Assembly (NCBI GenBank): GCA_043754075.1
Contig: JAYUVL010000007.1
Span: 1 to 40,978, forward strand
DNA from: Cytophagales bacterium
GTDB taxonomy: Bacteria > Bacteroidota > Bacteroidia > Cytophagales > Thermoflexibacteraceae
DNA: 40,978 nucleotides
Direction of reading: 5' to 3'
Numbering within the stretch: the stretch's first letter is position 1; every line of letters begins with the position of its first letter. This document shows, in pieces, positions 7,721 to 15,146 of the stretch. A program made the translations under genes and the position numbers. The notes under the pieces are model-generated. The model did not search any database. It was not told the origin of the DNA and saw only the letters and a program-made list of their open reading frames with translations.

Positions 7721-10417
7721 TTAAGCGGGGGCTTGAATGGAGGGGCCGCTGATTTTTGATTGGGGGGTGGGTGCTGGCGTGGGGAAAGCGCGGAGCAGAA
7801 GCATAACCCCCCACACCACAGCCCCAAATGCCACGGTGCTACCCCCCAATATCCCCAGATCCGACAAGCCAAGAGGCACAATGTCAAAAAAAGTACTCAA
7901 TGGACTATACATTAGCCCAGCTTGCAAGGTGAGCGTTCCTCCCACTGCCACCCAAACCCAGCCATTGGTAAAGATTGGCGTGCGAAAATAGGCCCGGATG
8001 GCAAACAGGATTACCATTTCGGCCAAGGCTATGAATTGGAAAACGACGGTTCGGGCCGTGCCGATCTGCGGGCTGTCAGTAACGTGCCCATTGTACCACA
8101 CAAAGAGCGCAATGGCCGCTCCCCCGCTGAGAACGCCCAATATGACCAAAAAAATCAGCAATTCCCGGGGCAATATGCCGGTGTTGAGCGGCAGGGGCTT
8201 GCGCTCCATGATGCCGGGCCCATGAGGATCCATGGCCAGGGCCAAAGCGGGCATCCCGTCGGTCACCAAGTTGATCCACAGCAGCATGATGGCCGTGAGG
8301 GGCAAGGGCCAGCCCAATACCACGGCCACCACCACCACGATCACCTCCGACAGGTTGCCGGTCAACAGGTGCAGAATGGCTTTTTGGATATTGTCATAAA
8401 TGCCCCGGCCTTCTTCTATCGCATTGACAATGTGGACAAACGAATCGTCCATGAGCACAAAGTCGGCTGCCTCTTTGGCCACGTCGGTGCCCGAGCCTAC
8501 TGCCACCCCAATATCGGCTTTCTGGAGGGCAGGTGCATCGTTTACCCCGTCGCCGGTCATGGCTACTACATTTTGCTGTTTTTTCAAAGTGGCTATAATG
8601 CGCATTTTGTGTGCCGGGGTCACTCGGGCAAAGAGATTGGTCCCATTGGCCAAGGCCTGGTCCAGTCCATCGTCCGACAGTGCATCGAGGGCCGGGCCGT
8701 CAATGGCCAAGCCGGTGATCCCGATTTGTTCTCCAATGGCCTGGGCCGTCACCAAGTGATCGCCGGTGATCATCATCAGCCGGATACCCGCCGCTTGGGC
8801 CCGCCGCACCGCCTCGGTCACCTCGGGGCGGGGCGGGTCGATCAGGGCCTGCAACCCAACAAAAATCAGTTGGCTTTCATCCTCCGGACGGAGGGCGGTG
8901 GCTTCTGCGCTGGGCAAGGGCTTGTAGGCAAACCCCAACACCCGCTTGGCTTGCGTGGTATAGTGGTTGACTTGCTGCATGATCTGGGCCTTGGTCGCCT
9001 CGTCCATTGGCCGGGCCTCCTCCTGCCACGCCTTGTCGCATTGCTCCAGCAGCACATCGGGGGCCCCTTTGACCAGCAGCAAAGTCTCCTCGCCATGCTG
9101 TACAGCCACGCTCATGCGCTTGCGTATGGAGTCAAAGGGAAGTTCGGCCAAGCGCTGGAAACCGGTGATATCTGCCCCAGCTTTTTGGGCACTGGCCAGC
9201 AGGGCGGCTTCCATGGGATCGCCCGTAATCTGCCATTGGTTTTCTTTTTGGTAGAGCGAAGCATTGTTGCAGAGGGCCCCGATCTGGAAAAGCAGAGGGC
9301 CCGCTTGCCCGCTCACTTCGCCCTCCGGCTGGTAGCCGATCCCCGCCAGGTGGGCTTCCCCGACCAGTGACCAAGCATCAGTCACAGTCATTTGGTTCTG
9401 GGTCAGGGTGCCCGTTTTGTCCGAACAGATGATGTTGCACGAGCCCAGGGTCTCGACCGAGGCCAGCTTTTTGACCAACGCTTTTTTGGCCAACAGCTTT
9501 TTGACCCCAATGCTCAGGGCAATGGTGACCACGGCGGGCAAGCCCTCGGGCACGGCGGCCACAGCCAGTGACACCGCCAAGAGGCAAATCTGGAGCAGGC
9601 CGCTCCAAGTAAAGGTGTGTTGAACAACCTGCTCCACCACAAAAACACCGACCATAAGCGCGCAGATGCCCAATACGACATAGCCCAAGTTGCGGCCAAA
9701 TGCCTCGAGGCGAAGTTGCAAAGGGGTGAGCTCGGTTTCTCCCTCGTGGAGCATGGCTGCTATTTTGCCCATTTCGGTGGTCATGCCGGTAGCTATCACT
9801 ACTGCTTTGCCGGAGCCGTCGGCCACGTTGGTGGCGGCATAAATGCAGTTGAGGCGGTCAGCAATCGGCAGGTCGCCCGGGAGGGCATCGGTCGTTTTGT
9901 CCACGGGCACGCTTTCGCCCGTGAGCGAAGCCTCGCCCACTTTCAGTCGGTTGGCGGTGAGCAACCGGGCGTCGGCCGGGATCTTGTCGCCTGCCTCCAC
10001 CATCACCACATCGCCGGGCACCAGTTCTTCGGCCCCAAGGGTACGCAATTGGCCATCCCGATACACCTTTGCCTGCCCTGCATCCAACTGTTTGAGGGCT
10101 TGCAAGGATTTTTGGGCGCTCAGTTCCTGCCAATACCCAATGCCGGCATTGGCCAAGAGGATCAGCAGGATGATGGTGGCATCCACATATTCGGTAGTAA
10201 TGGCGGCCAAAAAAGTGGCTACCAGCAAAATATAGACAATGAAAGATTTGAACTGGTTGAAAAACAACCGCCAATGGTTGATCGGGACTTGGGCCAGCAA
10301 ACGGTTGGGGCCATACTGAGCGAGCCGGTGCTCAGCTTCGGCTTGCGCAAGGCCAGCCTCGGTGCTTGCCAATTCCTGGAGCACGGCATCGGCACTGAGT
10401 TGAGAATGGTTTGGCAT
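7721..10417 (-). CDS. Cation-transporting P-type ATPase, type II (Ca2+/Mg2+-like)
   Basis: The motifs are TGES (SLTGESVPV), PEGLP (AVPEGLPAV), the phosphorylation site CSDKTGTLTQN and the hinge MTGDGVNDAPALQKADIGVA. I chose the ATG at 10417 (MPNHSQLSADAVLQEL...) over the track start at 10552, because a TAnnTTTG promoter motif lies inside the longer ORF. Confidence 0.9.
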   Translation of the reverse strand: MPNHSQLSADAVLQELASTEAGLAQAEAEHRLAQYGPNRLLAQVPINHWRLFFNQFKSFIVYILLVATFLAAITTEYVDATIILLILLANAGIGYWQELSAQKSLQALKQLDAGQAKVYRDGQLRTLGAEELVPGDVVMVEAGDKIPADARLLTANRLKVGEASLTGESVPVDKTTDALPGDLPIADRLNCIYAATNVADGSGKAVVIATGMTTEMGKIAAMLHEGETELTPLQLRLEAFGRNLGYVVLGICALMVGVFVVEQVVQHTFTWSGLLQICLLAVSLAVAAVPEGLPAVVTIALSIGVKKLLAKKALVKKLASVETLGSCNIICSDKTGTLTQNQMTVTDAWSLVGEAHLAGIGYQPEGEVSGQAGPLLFQIGALCNNASLYQKENQWQITGDPMEAALLASAQKAGADITGFQRLAELPFDSIRKRMSVAVQHGEETLLLVKGAPDVLLEQCDKAWQEEARPMDEATKAQIMQQVNHYTTQAKRVLGFAYKPLPSAEATALRPEDESQLIFVGLQALIDPPRPEVTEAVRRAQAAGIRLMMITGDHLVTAQAIGEQIGITGLAIDGPALDALSDDGLDQALANGTNLFARVTPAHKMRIIATLKKQQNVVAMTGDGVNDAPALQKADIGVAVGSGTDVAKEAADFVLMDDSFVHIVNAIEEGRGIYDNIQKAILHLLTGNLSEVIVVVVAVVLGWPLPLTAIMLLWINLVTDGMPALALAMDPHGPGIMERKPLPLNTGILPRELLIFLVILGVLSGGAAIALFVWYNGHVTDSPQIGTARTVVFQFIALAEMVILFAIRAYFRTPIFTNGWVWVAVGGTLTLQAGLMYSPLSTFFDIVPLGLSDLGILGGSTVAFGAVVWGVMLLLRAFPTPAPTPQSKISGPSIQAPA

Positions 10418-10507
10418 AGCGTAAATTGGGTTGTGGCACTGTTGATGGGTTGGATCTCGTAAGAGGTAGTGGGTGAAACCCAAGTGTTCGCCATCTTGGC
10501 TGGTTAT

Positions 10508-10515
10508 CAAAGTTA
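10508..10515 (-). promoter_or_regulatory. Bacteroidetes-type -7 promoter motif TAACTTTG upstream of the P-type ATPase gene
   Basis: The plus strand reads caaagtta, which is an exact TAnnTTTG match on the minus strand. It lies about 91 nt upstream of the ATG at 10417. Confidence 0.3.
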
Positions 10516-10536
10516 GGTTTTTTTGGCAAAAAAACC
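10516..10536. repeat. A/T-only palindrome GGTTTTTTT-GGC-AAAAAAACC in the divergent ATPase/fasciclin intergenic region
   Basis: The arms are a perfect 9 nt with a 3 nt centre, read directly from the sequence. The palindrome abuts the -7 motif at 10508-10515. Confidence 0.6.
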
Positions 10537-10674
10537 AACGTTGCGCGGCCATAAAAAAATAAGAGGGTTGGATATTGGGGGGTTCTTAAAACAAAAATCT
10601 AGCAGACAGGGTTACTTGTTAGGCTTTCAGGTATTAAATGCAAAGCCTTTAAACAAAACTAAAACACTATTTTT

Positions 10675-11277
10675 ATGAAGTTTTTAAAACCTATCACAGC
10701 CGTGTTCATCATGATGGCTGTTGTTTCTGTAAGCATGACCAGCTGCGATGACAGCAAGAAAAAAGCGGAAGCCGCTGCTGCTGCTGCCAAAGTAACCGAA
10801 GACTCTTTGGCAATGGTGGAAGCTGCCAGCCGGACAGCTGATTCGTTAGCGTCGGCCTCTATGCCCAAGTCGATCGCGGCTACGGCAATGGGCAACCCTG
10901 CCCTTTCCACCTTGGTGGCTGCTTTGGGCGCTGCTGAGCTGGTAAGTGTATTTGAAGGTAGCGATGCCTACACGGTGTTCGCCCCAACCAACGATGCCTT
11001 TTCCGCCATCCAAGCGACGGTCGACAAACTGTTGAAGCCTGAGGCCAAAAGCAAGTTGGCCAACGTGTTGAAATACCACGTAGTGGCAGGTACTTTGAAG
11101 GCGGCCGATCTGAAAGATGGCCAAAAATTGAAGACTTTGCAAGGCGAAGAATTGACCGTGATGATCAAAGACGGCAAAGTGATGATCAACGATGCCGAAG
11201 TGGTTACTGCCGACGTGGCCGTAAGCAATGGCGTAGTTCATGTGATCAACAAGGTGGTAGTTCCCAAGAAAATGTAA
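10675..11277 (+). CDS. Fasciclin (FAS1) domain lipoprotein
   Basis: A lipobox-like N-terminus (AVVSVSMTSCDD) is present. FAS1 motifs are TVFAPTNDAFSAI and NGVVHVINKVVVP. Confidence 0.85.
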   Translation: MKFLKPITAVFIMMAVVSVSMTSCDDSKKKAEAAAAAAKVTEDSLAMVEAASRTADSLASASMPKSIAATAMGNPALSTLVAALGAAELVSVFEGSDAYTVFAPTNDAFSAIQATVDKLLKPEAKSKLANVLKYHVVAGTLKAADLKDGQKLKTLQGEELTVMIKDGKVMINDAEVVTADVAVSNGVVHVINKVVVPKKM

Positions 11278-11300
11278 TTTGAGGTTTACCCTCTTATTGA

Positions 11301-11335
11301 CCGGCCCGCCCAATATTGGACGGGCCGGTTTTTTT
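11301..11335 (+). terminator. Rho-independent terminator after the fasciclin gene
   Basis: The stem is ccggcccg / cgggccgg with a 12 nt loop, followed by a T7 run. Confidence 0.75.
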
Positions 11336-11472
11336 GCGCTAGGCCATGATTTTCGGGTGAGACAATGGGGAAATAAACCCCTGACCACCCCACTAATTTA
11401 GAGGGTAAGTGCATTTGGTCGGACTGTCACTTGAAAACAAATCACAGGCCTCCCCTTAAAGAATTAATCACG

Positions 11473-11532
11473 ATTTCATCAACCTTTAAGGTTTAAAAAC
11501 ATTTCATCAACAATTTTTTAAGCTTTGATGAA
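11473..11532. promoter_or_regulatory. Three copies of TTCATCAA (two direct, one inverted) upstream of the TonB-dependent receptor gene; candidate operator
   Basis: ATTTCATCAAC occurs at 11473-11483 and again at 11501-11511. The reverse-complement core TTGATGAA is at 11525-11532. Copies 2 and 3 form an 8-bp inverted repeat separated by 14 bp, ending just before the -7 motif. Confidence 0.35.
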
Positions 11533-11536
11533 CAAT

Positions 11537-11544
11537 TATTTTTG
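11537..11544 (+). promoter_or_regulatory. Bacteroidetes-type -7 promoter motif TATTTTTG upstream of the TonB-dependent receptor gene
   Basis: This is an exact TAnnTTTG match, about 60 nt upstream of the ATG at 11604. Confidence 0.3.
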
Positions 11545-11603
11545 GTGTTCGCCTTGGTGTTGGGCTGGGCTTAATTTGCAGCCAATCAAAGCACTTGTCA
11601 CCA

Positions 11604-14600
11604 ATGAAAAGAAATGTACAGCGATGGGGACACCAAATGGTCGTGTCCCTGATGGGGGTGTTTTTATTTTTGCTCTTGGCCAACCCCATGTATGGGCAGA
11701 GCATGTCATCGGTTAGCGGTTTTGTCAAGGCTAAGAAAGGAGAGCCTCTACCTGCGGCCACGGTTATCATCCGTAATGAATCCACCGGTTTTCAGGCCGT
11801 TACCATCACCAATATCGATGGGCGTTTTGTCATCAACCAACTTCCCCTGGGAGGTCCCTACTCTATCACGAGCCAGTTTGTGGGCTATGGCAGTTTGAAA
11901 AAAACGGGCTACACGTTGGCTGTGGGCGAAAATTTGCAGGTTAATTTTGAACTCGACGAAACCGCGCAGGAACTTGAAACCGTCACGATAAGTGCCAGCG
12001 ACGAAGTGGCCCAGCGCATATCGCCCGTGGGGGCAGCTACACGCTTGGGCGTGACCGAGGTGCGCAACATGCCCACCAACGGGCGCAGTTTTCAAGACTT
12101 GGCCAACCTGAGCCCAGCCGTGGGCGGGGGTAGCCCGTTTGCCATCGGGGGCACCCGCGAAAGCTCAACGGCCATCACCTTGGACGGGGGCAACCAACGC
12201 TACATGATGAACGGGGGCCTGATCTCGCAATACACTGTGTCGATGGAGGCCATCCGCGAATACGAAGTGACCACTAACGAGTATAATGTACTGGAAGGCC
12301 GCCAGGGCGGAGGCTCGGTGAACGTGATCACCAAGTCGGGCACCAACAATTGGACCGGCTCGGCTTTCTGGTTCAACCGTTCCAAGCGTTTCAAAGTATT
12401 TGGCAATGAACTCTTGGGCGGCACCCGCGATGCCAATTTCCTCAAGCAGCCTATCCGCGATTTCCGCATCAACCAATATGGCTTTTCGCTGGGCGGGCCG
12501 ATCATCAAGGATAAGCTGCATTTTTTCACGGCCCTCGATTTTGAAGACCGCCGCGAGCCGTTCCCCATCCTCGATATCCGCCCCGAGACCGAGCAAATCG
12601 AGAACATCACGGTGGCCAACCTGGACCGTTTCACCCGGATTTTACAAGAAAAATATGGGCTGGACCGCTCCCAGCAACAGACGGGCGTATTTACCCGCGA
12701 ACCTCTGAACCGCACCATATTTGCCCGCCTCGACTGGCAGATCAGCCCCAAGCACCGGCTTACCTTCCGTAACAATATTCTTTGGGGGCGTGCCCCGCTC
12801 ACCGTTTCGGGCGACCAGGCGGCTCTTTGGGAATCTTGGGGCAACACCGAAATTGCCTCTTTTTCCAGCCAGTTGGGCCTGCGCTCTACCTTGGGCAAAA
12901 GCACGACCAACGAGTTCAAGATCCAGTTCCAGCGCGCCCAGCGCAATTTCTTGCCCAACTCGTATGCCCCGCGCGGGTTTGTATCCATCCAGTCCACTCT
13001 AGCTTCGGGGGCCAATGTGACCCGGCAGTTCCAGTTTGGTGGCAATCGGATTGCCCCCGAAGAGCAAGGCGAGCGGCAGTTGCAGATATCCAACAATACT
13101 TACCTGCAAAAAGGCAAGTTTTTCTTCACCTTCGGCACTGACAACATTGTCACGTTCACCAACACCCTGAACACCAACGAACAGGGTGGCCTGTTCCAGT
13201 TCCCCAGCTTGGACGCGCTCGATAACCTGGCCCCCACCCAGTTCACCCGGTTGGCGCCCATCAACCCGCAATCCAACGGCTTCGCGCCCTACCTCCGGTC
13301 CACCGCGCTCGACTTATCGGCCTATGCCCAAGTAGAGTTTGCCCCGATCAAAAACGTGAACATATTGGCAGGTTTGCGCTACGATGCTACCCTGTTTTTG
13401 CGTACCCCGGAGTATAACCCCCAAGTGGAGGAGGTACTGCGTCGTCGCACCGACGTGGTGGCCCGCGACTTGAACAACCTCCAGCCCCGGCTACAGGTCA
13501 AGTGGGACGTGTTTGGCGACCAGAAAACCACCTTCCGCATTGGGGGCGGCGCCTACTCGGCCAACATCGTCCACTGGGCGCAGTTGTCCAACATTTTGCA
13601 GTCGGGCATGAACCTGTCGGACCTAGCCCTGATCGAGAACCCAGCTACGCCGCAGCGCGAAATCCCCATCCCTGATTTCCCGGCCTACCGCCGCAACCCA
13701 CTGGCTGTGCCCGGCCTTACAGGTACCCAGCGCGGGGCACCCTACCTCAACTTGGTGGGCGACAATTTCCAGGCCCCCACCACTTGGAAAGCCAATTTTG
13801 CCTTCCGCCAGTTGATTGTCAAGAAGTTTTACGTCGGGGTGAATGCCTACATGGCCCGCACAACCAACAACTTCATGTACCAAGACCTGAACCTGCGCCA
13901 AACCCCTGCTTTTACGCTGGCCAACGAAGCAAACCGCCCCGTATTTGCCCCGCTGACCTCTATCCTGCGGACATCGAACGAAAACCCGGCCACCGCAGCC
14001 GTGCGGGCCTATCCGGTGCCCAACCCTTCAGCAGTGAACAGCAATCCCTCGCTGGGGCGCACGCTGGAACTCAATGGCGTGTCCAATGTGTGGCAGCGTG
14101 GGATCATCCTCGAGGGTGGTGTGGTATTGCCCAAGGGCGGCAGCCTCAATGTGACCTATACCCTGAACCGCACCGAGGACGATAATTCCTACAACTGTTG
14201 CATCGCCCGAACCTCTACCCTGACGGCCATTGTGGGCGACCCGCGCGCCTTGGCCGAGAACCGGGGCGGGGCCAATACCGACTTCCGCAACAAGATCGTG
14301 GTGTTTGGCACTTCGCCCCAAGTCGCGGGCTTTCGGCTGGGCTTCCGCTATGTGGGCTTGGGGGGCACGCCCTTCTCCCCGGTCATCTTTGGCGACATCA
14401 CCGGCGAGGGCACGGGCCTGTTGGTCAACTCCAACAAACGGGCCTTCCTCTTTGACCCGGCCACTATTCGGGCCAATCCCAATGCCACTCCCTTTGAGCG
14501 CGCCTTGGCCGATGGCATGGAGCGGGTGCTCAACAACCCCGACAACATAGGGCGCGACGTGTTGCTGGCCAACCTCAATCAAGTGGCCCCGCGCAACGAG

Positions 14601-14924
14601 ATCTACAACCGGATGTGGCACAATATCGACATCCGCATTTCTTATACGCTCGACAAGAAGTTGATCCCCAGTTTAGGCAAAAACAGTGTGGAAATCTTGG
14701 CCGAGTGTTTCAATTTTGGCAATTTGCTCAACAAAGAAGCTGGCTCGCGCGACGTGGTGCCGGGCGGCAACCAAGTCTTGCTGCAAGCCTTGGGCATCGA
14801 TCCGGTGGCCGAGCGGCAGGGACGGATCCAGTATGCCTACCGGGTCAACACCAATTTTGGCCAAGTGGTGCGCCAAGGCGACCCGTTCCAGATCCAATTG
14901 GGCATCCGGTACAATTTTAACTAG
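11604..14924 (+). CDS. TonB-dependent outer-membrane receptor with N-terminal carboxypeptidase-regulatory-like domain (no SusD partner)
   Basis: A signal peptide (VVSLMGVFLFLLLANPMYGQS) is present. The CarboxypepD_reg-like segment reads SGFVKAKKGEPLPAATVIIRN...DGRFVINQLPLGGPYSITSQFVGY. A plug-like region and a long beta-rich barrel ending ...IQLGIRYNFN follow. I used the ATG at 11604 rather than the TTG at 11595. Confidence 0.8.
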   Translation: MKRNVQRWGHQMVVSLMGVFLFLLLANPMYGQSMSSVSGFVKAKKGEPLPAATVIIRNESTGFQAVTITNIDGRFVINQLPLGGPYSITSQFVGYGSLKKTGYTLAVGENLQVNFELDETAQELETVTISASDEVAQRISPVGAATRLGVTEVRNMPTNGRSFQDLANLSPAVGGGSPFAIGGTRESSTAITLDGGNQRYMMNGGLISQYTVSMEAIREYEVTTNEYNVLEGRQGGGSVNVITKSGTNNWTGSAFWFNRSKRFKVFGNELLGGTRDANFLKQPIRDFRINQYGFSLGGPIIKDKLHFFTALDFEDRREPFPILDIRPETEQIENITVANLDRFTRILQEKYGLDRSQQQTGVFTREPLNRTIFARLDWQISPKHRLTFRNNILWGRAPLTVSGDQAALWESWGNTEIASFSSQLGLRSTLGKSTTNEFKIQFQRAQRNFLPNSYAPRGFVSIQSTLASGANVTRQFQFGGNRIAPEEQGERQLQISNNTYLQKGKFFFTFGTDNIVTFTNTLNTNEQGGLFQFPSLDALDNLAPTQFTRLAPINPQSNGFAPYLRSTALDLSAYAQVEFAPIKNVNILAGLRYDATLFLRTPEYNPQVEEVLRRRTDVVARDLNNLQPRLQVKWDVFGDQKTTFRIGGGAYSANIVHWAQLSNILQSGMNLSDLALIENPATPQREIPIPDFPAYRRNPLAVPGLTGTQRGAPYLNLVGDNFQAPTTWKANFAFRQLIVKKFYVGVNAYMARTTNNFMYQDLNLRQTPAFTLANEANRPVFAPLTSILRTSNENPATAAVRAYPVPNPSAVNSNPSLGRTLELNGVSNVWQRGIILEGGVVLPKGGSLNVTYTLNRTEDDNSYNCCIARTSTLTAIVGDPRALAENRGGANTDFRNKIVVFGTSPQVAGFRLGFRYVGLGGTPFSPVIFGDITGEGTGLLVNSNKRAFLFDPATIRANPNATPFERALADGMERVLNNPDNIGRDVLLANLNQVAPRNEIYNRMWHNIDIRISYTLDKKLIPSLGKNSVEILAECFNFGNLLNKEAGSRDVVPGGNQVLLQALGIDPVAERQGRIQYAYRVNTNFGQVVRQGDPFQIQLGIRYNFN

Positions 14925-14983
14925 ACTGCCGGCGGGCGAGCAGCAGCGCACGCAAATGTCCGCCCCATTCATCCGGGAGCAAA

Positions 14984-15025
14984 GCGCACCCAGCCTGCCG
15001 AATTGGCGGGCTGGGTGCGCTTTTT
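14984..15025 (+). terminator. Rho-independent terminator after the TonB-dependent receptor gene
   Basis: The 12-bp stem gcgcacccagcc / ggctgggtgcgc is extended by 3-4 inner pairs and followed by TTTTT. Confidence 0.8.
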
Positions 15026-15146
15026 ATGCAGGTGTGCTAGTCGAACCGGATGGCCCTGGTGGGCAGGGCACGGGCAGTGATGACCGTGGGCAGTCGTGCG
15101 GTCATGGGGCCAATGGCAAGACTTGGACAAAGTCGCAGGCGTGCCG

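Noticed and set aside
7922-9370. A 482-aa plus-strand ORF inside the P-type ATPase gene. Similar long antisense ORFs lie at 9617-10462, 15210-16163, 16539-17369, 31213-32364, 35897-36769, 2608-3417, 12165-12596 and 14028-14621.
   Set aside because: My arithmetic shows all of them are in-phase antisense to genes with strong family motifs. They are explained by codon bias against TTA, CTA and TCA. Their translations are low-complexity and lack motifs.
10418-10552. Longer N-terminal extensions in the ORF track. These affect the ATPase 10552, TonB receptor 11595, TPR 18275, DUF4290 21876, DUF1080 24611, ABC 25508, kdgK 27779, DUF2339 32379, YjbR 35431, the small protein 35496, pyrE 37656, LMW-PTP 37747, the desulfurase 39511 and NUDIX 29564.
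   Set aside because: Several of these begin at TTG or GTG codons. The extensions lack homology to the families, while the internal ATGs coincide with canonical family N-termini or signal peptides. In two cases a -7 promoter motif lies inside the extension.
12200-13096. A 298-aa minus-strand ORF inside the TonB-dependent receptor gene, not in the in-phase antisense frame.
   Set aside because: The translation is Arg/Ser/Cys-rich with no motif. It lies wholly inside a well-supported receptor gene, and there is no upstream promoter motif or separate intergenic context.
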